This document shows, piece by piece, positions 24,851 through 38,652 of a stretch of 64,000 nucleotides of DNA (within the stretch, counting starts at the first letter, position 1; each line of letters begins with the position of its first letter). Where the stretch lies: the NCBI GenBank assembly GCA_013265495.1, contig MU058337.1, positions 1,890,686 to 1,954,685 on the forward strand, given 5' to 3'. The notes below the pieces were generated by a model, which was not told where the DNA came from, ran no database searches, and saw only the letters and a list, made by a program, of their open reading frames with translations. Origin of the DNA: Vicugna vicugna. Its lineage: Eukaryota. The translations under genes and the position numbers were made by a program.

Positions 24851-27800
24851 GACCCCTCTTCACAGGAGGCGGTCATTTCTGTTTGTGGTGTTACGGTCAC
24901 TATAAAAATATGACTAGGGAACACTTTTCTTTCTTGTTGCAGCCTCCATTTCTTGGGCTGATGGCAGCTGTGAATCCGGGTGGTGATTTGAGAACAGAAT
25001 CTAGCTCTAGCTTTCGTGGAATTTGCCATTGCGGGGTAGCTTCCATCCCCTGCCGTTTACTCGTGTACTTTGACTAATATTTGAAATGTGGGGGGAATTA
25101 TGCTGGGGAAGAATGAGGAGGACTGGGGGACTCAATCATGTTTGTGCATAAAAAGGCAAACTGAAATGAGGAAAAAGAAGAATGGAACTTTGGTTGTTAA
25201 TAGATGCTTAAAGACTCTGAGATCATTGTTAAATGGAGTTTTGGTTTGCACGTGCAGTGTCTTTAAGATTCATTCAAATGAAATGTGTGTGTGCGTGCAT
25301 ACGAGATGGATGTGTACATCGGTTTATGTGACCATCTCTGTGGCTTTTCCTGGTGTTTGGAATATCTTAATAAATCAAGCTGCTCTGTCACTTTATTATA
25401 TAAACCAAACCATAAATGTAAACGGATTCAACTTCAGTTTGTTTATTTTTTTATGTGGAGGTGAAACTTGAAAAATAATTAACCTAAAGTTAATCTGAAA
25501 GGCATAACCGCCATTTTAGGCAACAAATAGGTGCTTATAAACCCCACAAGCACTCGCTTCAGAATAAGCAGACAATTAGAACATTTGAGAAATCTAGCTT
25601 TCTTCAACTAGAGCGAAGAATTTGCGAGTGGCCACTGAGAACCCATCTTCCACCACTGAAAATGGAGAATAGCTGAAAGTATGAATTTTGGGAGAATAGA
25701 GAAGTCAGACACTATCTGACGTCAGGTTTTCAGCAGTGGACTATGTGGAAGTAGTGGTGGCATTATTTATAACCTAGTTTTGTAAATGCTTGTGAAGAAA
25801 TCAAACGTAACCAATATTAATCATTTATAAATCCTATACTTTGAAAGGCAAATGATATTCTTGACTTCTGCTTTGTCAGTGTGGTTTCTCAGATTTATTT
25901 CTCCATGCTTGCTTTTTCGGTATAGAATTTCGTTTATATTGGGGGGTGTGTGCATGGCTGTGGAGTCACCATATTTGTAATTTAAATACAAAATTGCTCA
26001 GTCATATCCATTTTGTTTGTTTTCCACCTTCCACAAAAGGAGCTTGTAATGCCCTGTATCTTCTCACTCCTGAAGTAGAAACAGTGACTTCTGGGCTTTG
26101 AGTTTGTTAGTAATTGAATGCAGGCTGGTTGGTTGTAATGGCAAGTCCAATAGTGTAAGTTTTAGAAATGAAAATCCTTGTAAGCAAGTAGAAGTAGTTT
26201 GTAGTATATTACAATCAGTTCCATAATAAAGTGCTAATTGCAACTTGGCTTTAAATGTTACGTTTTGTATGCAAATTGGCCTGCAGGGAGTTATTTATTA
26301 TTTAGTGTACCATTGGTAAGAACATTAATATTTGTTTGTAATTTGTTTGAAGTGGCTCACCATTATTACTAATATATTAGATGTAGTTTATAGAAAAATA
26401 TGACTTCCTTGTGGAAGAGAGAAATATTTTGTTACTGGATTTTGAAGGAAAGCCAAGAGAGACCAAGTCCCCTTGAGAATCTGAGCATTTCATACAGATG
26501 GGAGAGAACAGATCTGTAGCAGGCTGTGTGATTAAAATCTTTATCCACCCTAAATTGTGTGTCTCATATCATCACAGCAGATATGGTGCCTGGTTTTGCA
26601 AACAAATTCCGATGCTGGAATTTTTTCCTTCTGATATGTAATTACCTGCAGAATACAGCCAGATACAATGGCCGTATTGGCTTACGTGGGCAGCAGAGCG
26701 GACGTTGGTTTGAACAATAGTGGTTTCATTTAGACTTGCCGTCTGGGTGGTTGTCTGGGTAAGGGACCTGACGTGTGCACACACATGAGCTGTTAGGCTG
26801 GAACTGACAACGGAGTGCTTCCTGTCACCTGACTTAGTTCCCAGCACTGGTAGTGCAGTGGTGTATGGAAAGCGGTGGAGACAGAGCAGGAGTGACCCAC
26901 CTCTGTCTCTATGCTCTGCTTGTGCTTTTCTGAATTTAAGTTCAAGAGATCGTTTTATTCCTGGATGACTGTTACATGGCATGGCTGGAAAAAAAAAATA
27001 AAACAACAACACTAATAGTTGTGGGAAGTAGCCCAGCACACTTCCTAAAGTGAGCCTGAAGGGGCGGAGAATCCGGTTGTCTCTTCCAGACCCGGTGGGT
27101 GAGAGTGAACGGGGTCGGGACCGCTGGGTACCAGAGCAGGCTCCCGGGGCTTGTCCTGACTGACCCTAGAACGCCAGCCCGATGGGATGTCCACTGTGCT
27201 GGAGCTGAGTTTCTGCTGGACGCTTGGAGGTGTCATGTCCTAGGTTAACAGGTCCACATAGTAAGTAAATCATGAAACATCTCGCAATACGAGCCTAGAC
27301 ATAACCCATTCAAAGTGGTTTCATCAGCTTTGCTTTTATTTTTATATAAAATAGAGGTTTTATTGACTACTGTTTGAGTCGTTCAGTCATTGATTCATGG
27401 TGTTCATGATACCATTCAGTGTGTTCTGATACCATTATTTCTAAAAATTTATTCTCAGATAACTAAAAGGCAATAAAACAACATCTTGTTCCTTCTAAGG
27501 ATGCTTTTCTTTGTACTCTGCTAACGTAGCTCTGGGATCTCCAGAACCACGTGGCCAGGCAAAGCACACCCCGTCTTACTTATGTCACAAGCCCACTTAG
27601 GAGAAGCGTGGGGTGTGGGATGCTCTGAGCCAACAGTCAGGAGGGAGTTCAGGAGGGTAATTGATTGGAAGAATAAATCAGCAAGTTCACACTGGGGCTA
27701 GAAAACAAAGCCTCCCTCAGCATTTTAATAGATAGGCAATCATGAATTTTACCCCAAATTACAAGCATGCTTATAATGTTTCAACAGCTGTTGATTAATT

Positions 27801-27985
27801 GTTGGACAGCAGTAATGGGAGGATGAGAAAACCTTGTTGACAGAAGGTTCGTAAGGGTCGAGAGATTTACGTGGAGCACAGCTGTGCCTTCTAGCCGCCA
27901 GTGAGACTGTCAGGCCGTCGCTCAGCCTTGAACTTACGCTTCGGGTTACAGGACGCCTCTTTTCTTTTCCTCATTTTTTAAAAAA

Positions 27986-29017
27986 AATAAATTGTGCTGA
28001 CTTACCGTTACAGCTGTTGGATTGTTTTTATTTGAATGCACTTTGTAGTTTTAATTCAAGATGATTCAAAGAGGAGAGAATGATGGTGAATCTATGTTTC
28101 TTACGCAAAAATCTGAGGTCACGGAGCTCTGTGTGTTGCCGTCATTGGCACCACAGTTAAAGCGGGTGCCTGGGTGTGCTACCTGCTTGGTTGGCTTTTT
28201 TTTTTTTTTTAGATCTTTACCCTCTTGGAATCTTAGTTTCACTATTTTTAAAATATGATGAGGTTTCTTGCTTGCCATGAGAGTGGAAGACTTGAAGAAA
28301 GTATACATGACTTCTGAGTGTAGATACCGATTGGCCCATTACAGATATGCAATAAATACCCCTCTCATTTCCCCTTTCTCTGCCCTTCCAAGTGAATGTA
28401 AAATTAGAGGTTGGTTTGAATTGCTGAAAAGCAAAACAAGTGAAACAGGTACCTTTTATTTCTCAGTTGTATGACTTCCACATCTGTACGCCATTCTGAT
28501 CTTAGGGTAAGTTGAACTAAATTATAAATATTGTATGGCTGAGTCCAGAAATAACTGTTTCACTGAAGTTTCTACAAGAATACGATAGGTGTACCTATAC
28601 GTTTAGAACATAGCGATTATTTTCATGCAATAAAGTTAAACCTGCATCTAACGTTTCTGGATTATTTTAAAATAACGAATAGGAGGGGAAAAAACAAATC
28701 TGGGAAGAATATTAAAAAAAACTTGTCAATAGCTCTGACAACAGCAGTGCCTGGTGAAATCACCATTTAGAACTATTTTAAATGGGAGACAGAGCAGCTG
28801 GAAAGTAACATGTGGCACACATGACTTTGAACTTTAAGTCATTGGAACAAAAGATGATTCTCTCATAACCGCAGCTACAACTGCATAGGTAAAGAGGAAC
28901 CACCCATGTTTCCTTCTCATTAGGGTCTAAAATACCTCCTTTTTTTAAAAAAAAAAGAATAAATTGTGCTGACTTATCATTACAGCTGTTGGATTGTTTT
29001 TATGTGAATGCACTTTG
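27986..29017 (+). repeat. Dispersed 60-bp direct repeat pair (27986-28045 and 28958-29017)
   Basis: 57/60 identical, both copies preceded by a T-run/A-run. Confidence 0.95.
28130..28350 (+). mobile_element. MIR fragment
   Basis: tcttagtttcactatttttaaaatatg... and flanking MIR-like blocks. Confidence 0.5.
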
Positions 29018-29699
29018 GAGTATTTTAGACTCATTCTCTATATATTTTTGTTTCTTAAATTTCAGTGTGAAGGATTCCCTCTAAAATGCTTCTGTAGCAG
29101 TTTGACTACACCACTCTTAGAGCCCTGAGCACATCTCACTTTGGATGAGAGCATCACAGGAGAGCACGGCGTAGACTCTAAAATACACCAAAATGCCTCA
29201 CATTAATTTATGCTATGATTTTCTATATGCATACCAAATTTCATACTGGATTTTAAATTACATAAGGGCAGGAATTGTGAGTGTTTTTGCCTTGAATGTA
29301 GCAGACACTCCTGAAGACGCTTACCGGATACCCAGCTCTCAGGGAGGCGGTGGGCATGTGAACGGAGCAGGCACAGGGAACTCCTCCAGCCCCACTGCCA
29401 GCCCTCGGGGTCTTCGTCCTGCCCTTTCTCTTCTTTGCACCTTCCCAGAGCTGCAGGGGATGTTTCCTGCCCCTCGGTCCTTCTTGCTTGGGCCCCATTC
29501 TTCCTCCTTTACTGCCGAATGAGGCTAGGCAGCCGGTGCTACCAGGCTCTACCTTGATCAAATCTACTCAACTAAAGGTTTCTACAAGTTTGGCTCTCCA
29601 GGTTTCTGAGCAATTGGGTGAGCTCCCCTAGATCCTTTTACCAAACTTATTTTTTAGCTTAATCAGAGTCTGTTTCTACTGTGTGCTACTAAGAACCTC

Positions 29700-30110
29700 A
29701 CCTATATACGATGGGGCTGGATGGAAATTACTCAAGAGAGAATGAAATGAGAGCAGAAAAGGGGGCCCACGACTTAGCTCTAAGGATCCCCAGCCTTTAG
29801 CCCAGATAGGGGAGGAGTCGATGTCAGAGGAAACTGAGAAAAATAGAGCACGTTGACGCAGAATTGGAGAGAAGAGAATTTCAAGGAGGACGGAATAGCG
29901 GTATCCAGTCCTGCTAAGAAGGCTGGAAACAGCGTGAAGTTTGAGAGATGCCCACTGCGTGACACAGCATGGGGGTCTTGTGGGTGAACCGGACATGGGG
30001 CAGGAGCTGGACTGCTGCGGTGGGAGCGGGGAGGTACCTGAGAGGGCCGGAGGCCGTGGGCTCGAGTTCCAGGGTGAGGAAGGACAACTTCGTTTCAAAG
30101 CAAAGCTAGC
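29700..30110 (-). mobile_element. L2 fragment
   Basis: Purine-rich L2 antisense motifs (gaggaaactgagaa, gagaatttcaaggagg, gagagatgcccactg). Confidence 0.6.
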
Positions 30111-30199
30111 TCTGACTTTGTCCATCTTCAGATAGTACCTGTCCACAGCAAAACGTGAGGATGTTATTTTAAGGTATCACCTGAAATTTCATGGCCATA

Positions 30200-30950
30200 G
30201 AAAAACTGCATCTTCGGCACTCATTATTCTAAGTGTCTGTTTAGCCGTATATGATTTTACACAAGTGGCAGCTTTGAGTTCCTGATCTTGTAATTTCGTT
30301 CTCTCAACAATATGACAGTTTAAATAAGCTATTTTAGATTTTCAATAACTATGTATCACATGACCACATTTAGTAGGGATGCTTTCTAAAGCCAGTTGCC
30401 TATGATGGATCTTCTTCATGTCTTCAGTTTTTTTAGCATTGTAATTAACGCTGAGCATCCTTAACATACATTCTTAAGAAACTTTCAAAGTTTTAAGTTA
30501 AATGTTGTACATACTAAACATTTGTCTAAGTGTTGTGATTGTTCAAGAAGTGTGTGCAGTTTACACCCCTACTTAGGTGTCTCACACGCTTAACACTGCT
30601 CAGTGCTTTTAACGATTTTATATCAGGTAGTGAAATGGTGTTGTTTTACTATTTGAACTTCATATTGGGGCTTTTAAAAATCTTCTTTTTTTGATTTTTT
30701 TTTGGCCCTTTGTTTTCCTCTTTTTTGTTACAGAATAGCTTTTTAAAAATGTTTTCTGACCCTCTTTTCCCTATGGAATTTTTTTTCCTACGGAGTTTTT
30801 TTTTCCTTACTGATTTATAAGAGTTTTTCACAGAATATTGCAAATATTCTTTCTGGGCTGTTTGTCAATCTTGATTTTGCCAATTTTTTTTTTGTACAGA
30901 ATTTTAAGCATTATGTGTTCAGTTATTTCACTGATGGCTTGACATGTGGG
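30200..30950 (-). mobile_element. Ancient L1ME-like fragment
   Basis: gtgaaatggtgttg, ttactgatttataagagttt, ttgcaaatattcttt. Confidence 0.6.
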
Positions 30951-31619
30951 TTCTTATATATTGGCATTTTTGCATAACCAGCATTTAAATGGATATGCTT
31001 TGCTCCTGTAGGTTTTCCCAGTGGTTCCTGAGCTATTACATAATTAAATACGAGCTCTTTAAATAGAGCTGGTTCTACCTTGGCATCCCAAGTGTGATAG
31101 CGGCTGGGAGCAGGAACAGAGGAGGAAGCTGGAAGCTTGCCATGATCAGCACTGAGAGACTTTCTGTGCTGACCTGAGGGCGGGGTGGGAATTGGAGATG
31201 TTCAGAAGGGTGGTTTCACAGCGAAGTTGGCTGTGCCAAGTGTTAATGAGGGTGGGGAGCCCCATCTGCCTATTGACAGACATTGATAAATCAACCAGCT
31301 TTCCTATTTAAATAGGCTTCTTTAGTGATACTTAGTTGGGCACTGCTGGATGTGTGTGGTGTTTCAGTAGAGGACGAGGAGATTCTCAGTTTGTTGCAAT
31401 ATCTTAAAAGTACCTTAATATGACATCTACACTGGTTAATGTGTTTGATATCGTCAGCTTCACGCCAATGTGTAGGAGAGAAACTAGTCAGACAGCATCA
31501 TATATCTTTGCCCTACCTGCACACTAAGTGTGGCTTATAAGACATTTAGGCAAGTCACAGCTGTTGGAGAAACCTTGATGACATGGTTTATGGTTGGTTG
31601 ACATTAATATTATTAAATT

Positions 31620-31820
31620 GTTAAGGAGGATTTAATGAGCCAGACATTGTTCTGGGCACTTTACATGAATTATCTCACTTAATTACCATTTCTCAGATAA
31701 GGAAACTGAGCTTGGAAAACTTGGGCATCTTGGCTCAAATCATCTAGTTAAGTAAGTGGCAGAATGAAGACTCTAAATAGTTTTGTTTGAAGCCCAAGAC
31801 TATGTCTTCAGCACTATGGG
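31620..31820 (-). mobile_element. MIR
   Basis: gccagacattgttctgggcactttacatgaattatctcacttaat...cagataaggaaactgag. Confidence 0.8.
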
Positions 31821-34800
31821 AAGTCGTCCAAAGTGGGGGCAGCTTTGAAACCATAGCTTTCTTTGCAAAACCTGGGAGAAATAGTCAAACGAGTGACACG
31901 TACTGCATTATCTAAATCCACTAGGGATTCGTAGCAGCTGTGGTTCGAAATAAAAGCTAGTCTCAGTGTCAGAAGATTCACCAGAAACTTGGAAATATTT
32001 TCTGACTGTCAGAATTTTTTTGGCTACAAAATAGAAAATATTTCCCTGAAGCATAACACTTGAGAAAATGCGACATGCCACCAGGAAACTGGCAAAATAA
32101 CAGTCACTCAGATGGTCCAAAGTGAGGTATAAGTAGCCGATGTTGACATGCAGGACCCCTGCGCGGTTACAGGATCTGCAAAATCTAACTATGTGGCTGC
32201 TCGACAAATTGTATCCAAATGTATATTTTCTGGGTGAATCCCTTTTGTGTGTGAACGTGAAAATGTGTCTCCCAACCCCCAAGGTAGGAAGGAAAGGTGA
32301 CGGCCCAGGAGTATATAAAGCAACAGAGAAAGACAGGGTGTCGGCATCCAGTGCTTTCTGGTCAGCCCCCTTGGAAGTGTGAGGTTTTGAGGGCTTGGAA
32401 GCATCCAGATCAGTTGCGTTTCCTTGTTTTTTTGTTTTTTTAATTTAGCCAGCTCAGTAAAAATGACCTGGCGATGTCATCATTTCTTCCTGTTGCCAGA
32501 GAACACTTTAAGAATTTATGTGTATGTCCATGGTCATAGAGACAATTGTCTAATAGTCAATGCTGTCGGACCTATATCCACTCAAATGGATACACATAAA
32601 ACTTAAACTAGCGATTTTTTTCTGTTCTTATTTCTTAACTTTGCAATAACACATAGACATCTGTATACACCTCGAATCCAGAATCATTACACATTATAGG
32701 AAGTAACAGGATGTTTCAGCAGGAATTCTAAGAGATTTCCAAGTCTTCTTGATATTAACTATTTTCTTCAAAGTCAGTTTGACAATCGAACCTTGAGCCT
32801 AAGTTGAACTTACTATTTTTTTATGGTAGAATTTCAAACTTAGATGAATGTTAATGTTCCGAAGTACTTCTTAAAAAAAAAAAAGATTCTGCGAAAACTG
32901 ATTCTTTTGTGTTATTTTGGGGTAGGTGTTCACGTGTATTTCCATTTTAAAAACACTAGAAAAGACAAGAAGCTAGAAAACAAGTGACAAATATAAGTCA
33001 CAGAGGCATGCATTATAAAAATGTAAATATGTGAAAGGATTTTTCAGTTTCTTTTAGCAAAATCATGTTGAAACCAAATCGAACACTTCAGAAAACGTCA
33101 CATTGAAGGATGTGCACGTGTCGGTTTTCATTAGGGATGCTCACCTCCGCACTGCCAGCTTAGATACAGCCTGTGCTTGGATATGCCCAGTCGCCTGCCA
33201 AGATGGGAGAAATGGACTCCAAAGGGAGTAAACAAAAGCTGTCTGCAAACCACTGTATCAACGGGCATCATGGTGGAGACAGTCACTGAAGACCGAAGAG
33301 CTGTTGTGATGCGCTTGTCTCAGAGGTGACCTCTCAAGTCTGCATCACGTTGACTGGGGTCTGGTGAGAAGCACCCCCTGCTCGTCTGCTGGTAATCGGA
33401 GCAGACTTGGACGTCTGTGGTTGTCCATGTGTTTAACTCTCACTTCCACTCTTAATTCCACTTTCAGTCCCTGTTCATGTATTTCATCTGGATTTGATTA
33501 GGAAGATGGATGGTAGTAAAAAATAAATTTTTTTTTATCTAGAATTTACATTTCTTTAGTGGGAAAAAATGAAATGCTTGCCTCCCTGATGATATTCGTT
33601 TGCTATTTACTATTTTTCTTGGCTAAAAATGGCAGTTATTTTTAGTTAAATGTGGTTGGAGTCTAGAATTTTTGTCTCAAACTTCACAACCTAACATGAA
33701 AAAGAAAATCGTAATGATACAGAATAAAACTTTTTTTCCCCCACAATAGAACTCAAAATGGGAAAAGGAAAGGGTAGCCCAGAGGCTATTTTCATTTATT
33801 TTGGTGCCTTCCACCACCTGCTTTTCTTCTCAGTCATGACTTGAAAACTGGTGAGCGAGGGGAGGTAGCTCCTGCCATTTTTTCAAAGAATTTATTTCTC
33901 TGTTTGTTTATTTATTTGAGCAGTTTAGGTTTACAGTAAAAATGAGAGGAAGGCAGGGGATCTCCCGTGTTCTTCCTGGTCTCATCATTTTTCATCCTTC
34001 AGTCCCCAGAGTTAGACAACCCCAGAGGTGAGAGGTTCATCTGAGAACAGCTTTGAAAGTCAACTTACAAACAGTAACTGGGAATGCGATCAGGGGAGAA
34101 TCAAAGTGCTTCCTATCCTGTGGGGGTGGAGGGGGATTAAAAAAAAACTTGATTGATTCTTTGATCTGTCTGAGTTAGAAGTTTGAATGGAACAAACAAG
34201 TACATTGATAAATCAATCCAGCGTGTTTTCTGCAGGAAGCACAAAGCATTCATGTCTAGCACACACTAGGCATACTCATCCAGGAGTGTTTTGTGTCCTG
34301 TTTTTTAATTCCTACCCAAATATTTCAAATGAAAACTTCCAAGAAATTAGAATGTTCTATGAGTAATCGATGTCAATGTTGCTTTCCAAGAAATCCTCTT
34401 TTATTTAAAGTTTGATCCCTGTTTCAGGCTTTTCTCCCCATCTGGCAGTTGTCACTTAGGCAGATGGCCACCAGCTGGGAGGGCAGCCTGTGGGTCTCCC
34501 CTCAGGATCCTTGGGGCTCAGTGGACCTGGTGGGGAAGGATGCCGCGTCACTCCATCAGGGGGTCGGCAAGCTGACATACTGCCTTGTCAACCTGTCACC
34601 ACCTGAAGAATCCCAGAGGGACTGCCTTTATGAATCTGGGATCTTATGTTGCATTTTTCTGATGTCATAATATCTCACATTGGCCTTGTATAAGAGAAGT
34701 GGCTAATATGCCTTCGTAACCCAACTCTCCCAATGCAGACAGCACCCATGAAAGCTGTAAGACTTCATTTAATGAAAAGATGGAGAACGAGAGAGCCTTT

Positions 34801-36373
34801 AAAAGAAATACCGCCTGAACATTGTTGAGGCAGAGTCTGATATTTAAGGACGAGATGCCGTCTACTTGAATAAATATGCCCACATGATTATGACCACTTT
34901 GTCCCCAAATTATTTAAGTAAGATTTTTCACCGATCTAAATCGTCTTAATGATCTGTGAGTGTATCTGTAATACATGCTCTGTGCTGCTAGACTTCTGAA
35001 AGAAATTCCTCCTTTTTTCCCAAAGACATCTTGTAACCGTGGGTTCTTACCACCCAGGGCACACGTGAAAATTACTCTGTCAATCTCGTCATCTCTCTGA
35101 GAAGGCTGTTGCATGTTCACCTTTTCCCTGAGCCTCTAGGTCAGCCGGAAGAGCTGTGGTTCCTCAGAAAAACTGTTCTTTTTATAACCGCCTCTTATTG
35201 TTCTTTCCCTTCTTATTATAGGTGCATGCTCACAGGAGAGGGGGACAGAGGATGGAGTAAAATTAAAACGCAGAGTTCTTTGACGGTAGTGTGTTTGTGT
35301 TTCCTTGTGTGTTCCTATCCACGCCTGCAAGACAGAAGCACACACACAACTGCTGTGCTTGTATACTTACAAATCCAGACCAAACAATGTATCTGCTTCT
35401 TTCCATTTATTCTTATGCAGGGAGCATGTTAGATCTCAAAAAAATCTTGTGTTTTTTGATGACTTCATGCTTTCCAGTTTATGGCTAGACCCAACTTAGA
35501 TATTCATGTAGTGTTAGACATTTGTTTCTGATTTCTTAATGACATTTCAAAATAAAATAATGGGTACGTGTGTTTTTTGTGCATATGTTTGAAAATTCAG
35601 TGCCTAGAAGAAGAGTTTCTGGGTCCAAGAATGTGTACCATTGTACAACTTTAAAATTTTGTATCCTGTCCAGTTTCTCAAGAAGGGCAAATCTCCCTTC
35701 TTGAGTGCTTGAAAATATTGTCTGTTGGTCTATATGAGGCCAGCCTGCTCACCCTTTATCTCTAGACCTCGGCCCTGCCACAGATTTGAAGCTCTGTCTT
35801 GGGGCCTCCTTGGGAGTTTTTCTTGTTTGACACTCCCAGATGGCGGCAACTCAAGGTCAGCGCGTCCCCCGTAAGCTCTAAGGGGAACTCGCTGCTCTGG
35901 TGTGTGCACACATTGAGGCCAGGGTTTGGTAAGAATAGCTTCACAGATGGTAGAATGCTCATCCTAAAGCAATCCACTATTTTCGCTATTTTTGGTCACA
36001 CTTGATAAGGCGGATTTCAGATGCATGTTAACCACCCTTTGCCAATTTCTTTGCCATTGCGATCAGGATGAATATTTCACGGTGACATGTGTCTCTACTT
36101 CTAACATGTGGCATGATGTAATTTTAGATTTATTCAGGTTAGCAAGCTCTCTCCTACAAATCGGATGTTCCATGACTAAGGAACGTCTGTCTTACTTACC
36201 ACGTTACGCCCCCACCTCCCTAGAAACCAATGCCTGACAATCACTGCCGGTTTAATAAGTGAATGAATCTATCAGTAACTCCTTGCCTTGTAAGAACTGG
36301 ATAAAACGAGTGTTTGAAACCACTTTGAATAATAGACACGACTATAAAGTATATATGACTGCCCTCACCCAAC

Positions 36374-36770
36374 TCAGTGGTCCTCAGATGTTTGTTAGGT
36401 GGGCATCAGGTTAACGCATGGAACTTGACAACGATGCCTTAACTCCTAGAGATCCTGATTCCAGAACAGGTGAGCCCTTGGAGGAGGTTTTGAAATCTCC
36501 TGTTTTAAGGTTTCCCGGCCTGAAATCTCTGTTCTGGCTCCATGGCCATGTGTCATATTTGATGTGTCAGTTTCCATGCACAATTCTGAAATTTTCTGAG
36601 ATGAAATGAGACCATGCAAGATGACAGAAATTAAAGCCACTTTGAGATGAAGAAACTATGGCTTAGGAAGACACACAGCTTGCCAAGGTCCTACAGAAAT
36701 CTGAATCAGAACCAGGACATGTGTCCAAGTCTTACAGATTCTAAAGCCACGTTCTTCTGACTACTGGAGA
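36374..36770. mobile_element. MER5-like DNA transposon fragment followed by a MIR fragment
   Basis: cagtggtcctca...agagatcctgattc; then ttgagatgaagaaactatggcttag...cttgccaaggtc. Confidence 0.5.
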
Positions 36771-37094
36771 CTGTTTCACCCTTTTTATTGCTTAGAAGTA
36801 ACTTATTAACAAATGTCAGAGAGCCTTAAATGTTAGTCATCTGATTACTGGGTTAAAGTGTAAAATACAGCTTTTTGACAAGGGAGGTAATTTATGAAAT
36901 CATTACACAAATATTTATTGCCTGTTGCCACCAGGTCTTAGAGACATTCCCTACTTGCTTAATATTACACAGACACAAGATTTTTCTTCCAGTTTTTTTT
37001 AAATAGCTTTTTTGCCTGTAATGTTTCACATTTTTGTTTCTTCTGTTTTTGGATGTTGTCTGTGCCTCAAAAGTTTTGATTATAAAATTCACTT

Positions 37095-37720
37095 ACTGTT
37101 CATTCACAAAGCATTTATTGATCATCAGCTCTGTCACGTCATGCTGGGGACTCAAATACGAATAAAACATGCTTTTTCATGACTTCAAGCTCTTCAGTCA
37201 CTGAGTATGCTTCCTTGGTCAAGAAAAAGTTTTCTTTAATGAAAACAAGAAAATACAGAAACATATGTGGATGTGGTGGCATGGAGGAAGGGAAGGAAAT
37301 TGATGGTGTTGGTTTTAGGACCAATTAGTTTGAAGTTCTCACGGGACTCGAGGTGGCTGTTTCCATTAGCAATTGGAGACAGAGGGTTGGAGACTAGGAA
37401 AGACATCCTAACTGGAGATGAAGATTTAGGAGTTGCCTCTGTTTAGGGAATGTAGGTGAAGTCCTCCAAGGAGTGTGTGTGTCCTCAGAAAGGAAGAGAA
37501 CCAAGAACAGGGCTCTTGGGGATCAATGACCTGTCCAGTCCATGCAGAGGAAAGAAGACAAGGAGGACCAAGGAGAAATGGTTGAAAAGGCAAGACCTGA
37601 AACTCTGGAGAGTGCTGCCCGGAAGTCACAAGAGGAAAGGATTCCAAGAAGTCTGGTGGTGAGAGACGAGTGGAAGTCAGGGTGGAGACAGGGTGAGCAG
37701 CCTCTTCTCTCGGGATGTGT
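37095..37720 (-). mobile_element. L2 fragments including 3' end
   Basis: ttcattcacaaagcatttattga tail; ggagatgaagatttaggagttg body. Confidence 0.65.
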
Positions 37721-38050
37721 GGCCGCGAACGTGCTTCGTGGGACGGGTGATGTGTGGATGGTGACCACCGCAGGCTTGTGTAGGATAAGGGGATATGTGA
37801 GCTCAGTCCAGAGCCCATAAATATATGGCTCATTCTGAAAACTGGTTATTTGTTATTTGCATATATTGTTGTTTCAGAAGCCAACAGAAAGCAATAATTC
37901 TGGAATTCTCCTTCCAGATCCTTTGATGATGATTTTAGGTGTACAACTGGGAGTTTTCCAGATGTCCAAAGAGCATATTTTCTAGCCTGAGTGTATTGTG
38001 GTTCATCTGTCTCAATGCTTGATGCAGTCTTCTCCTGTCTTACTGTGAAG

Positions 38051-38215
38051 GGGAATTGTTCAAATTGGACATTATTTAATATACATACCAATTTCAACCA
38101 CAGTGGAGACAGTATGTTAAGCATGAAGATGCTTTATGGAACAACCTTGTTTACCAGCTTTTTAGAAGCAGTTGGTATAGAACTCATGAAGTTCTTTCTA
38201 CATTTCTTATATGTG
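38051..38215 (+). other. Candidate 165-nt exon of an unidentified + strand transcript
   Basis: tcttctcctgtcttactgtgaag acceptor, GTG/gtaagg donor; length 55 codons; phase-0 frame fully open. Confidence 0.25.
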
Positions 38216-38548
38216 GTAAGGAAAGTGTCTCCTGCACAGTACTTGGGGTAAAAACCACACTGCAAACACTTATGTACAATGTGTAGAGAATCGAATAGGA
38301 TTTTGGCTGGTGCCTTCCTCCTGACCAAAAGCTTAAGCTCTGTGACCTTCAGGCTCACTCAGAAACTGGAATGGATGTCGTAATTGTCATTTGTATACAT
38401 GTCGACTTTTGTAATTCAAATGAAATGTTGAACACTTTGGTAAATATAAAAGTGGCTTGTGTATTTTGTGTAACAAGGAATAAATGATATTCTCGTACTC
38501 TGGAAGAGTGAAACAGTCTGCGTCTGTCTTGGTAAAGAAGTGACAATC

Positions 38549-38652
38549 TTAATGAAAGAGAATATGGAAACGAATATATGTATGTACATACTTGCCTAGG
38601 ACATCGTGCTGTACACCAGAGACTGACACATTGTACTTCAATACAAAAAATA
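38549..38652 (+). mobile_element. Short camelid L1 3' end
   Basis: aatgaaagagaatatggaaacgaatatatgtatg...gctgtacaccagagactgacacattgta. Confidence 0.8.

Noticed and set aside
30660..30820. Lys-rich ORF 30649..30843 and unusual T-runs
   Set aside because: T-run-inflated old L1 sequence, possibly low-quality base calls; not coding
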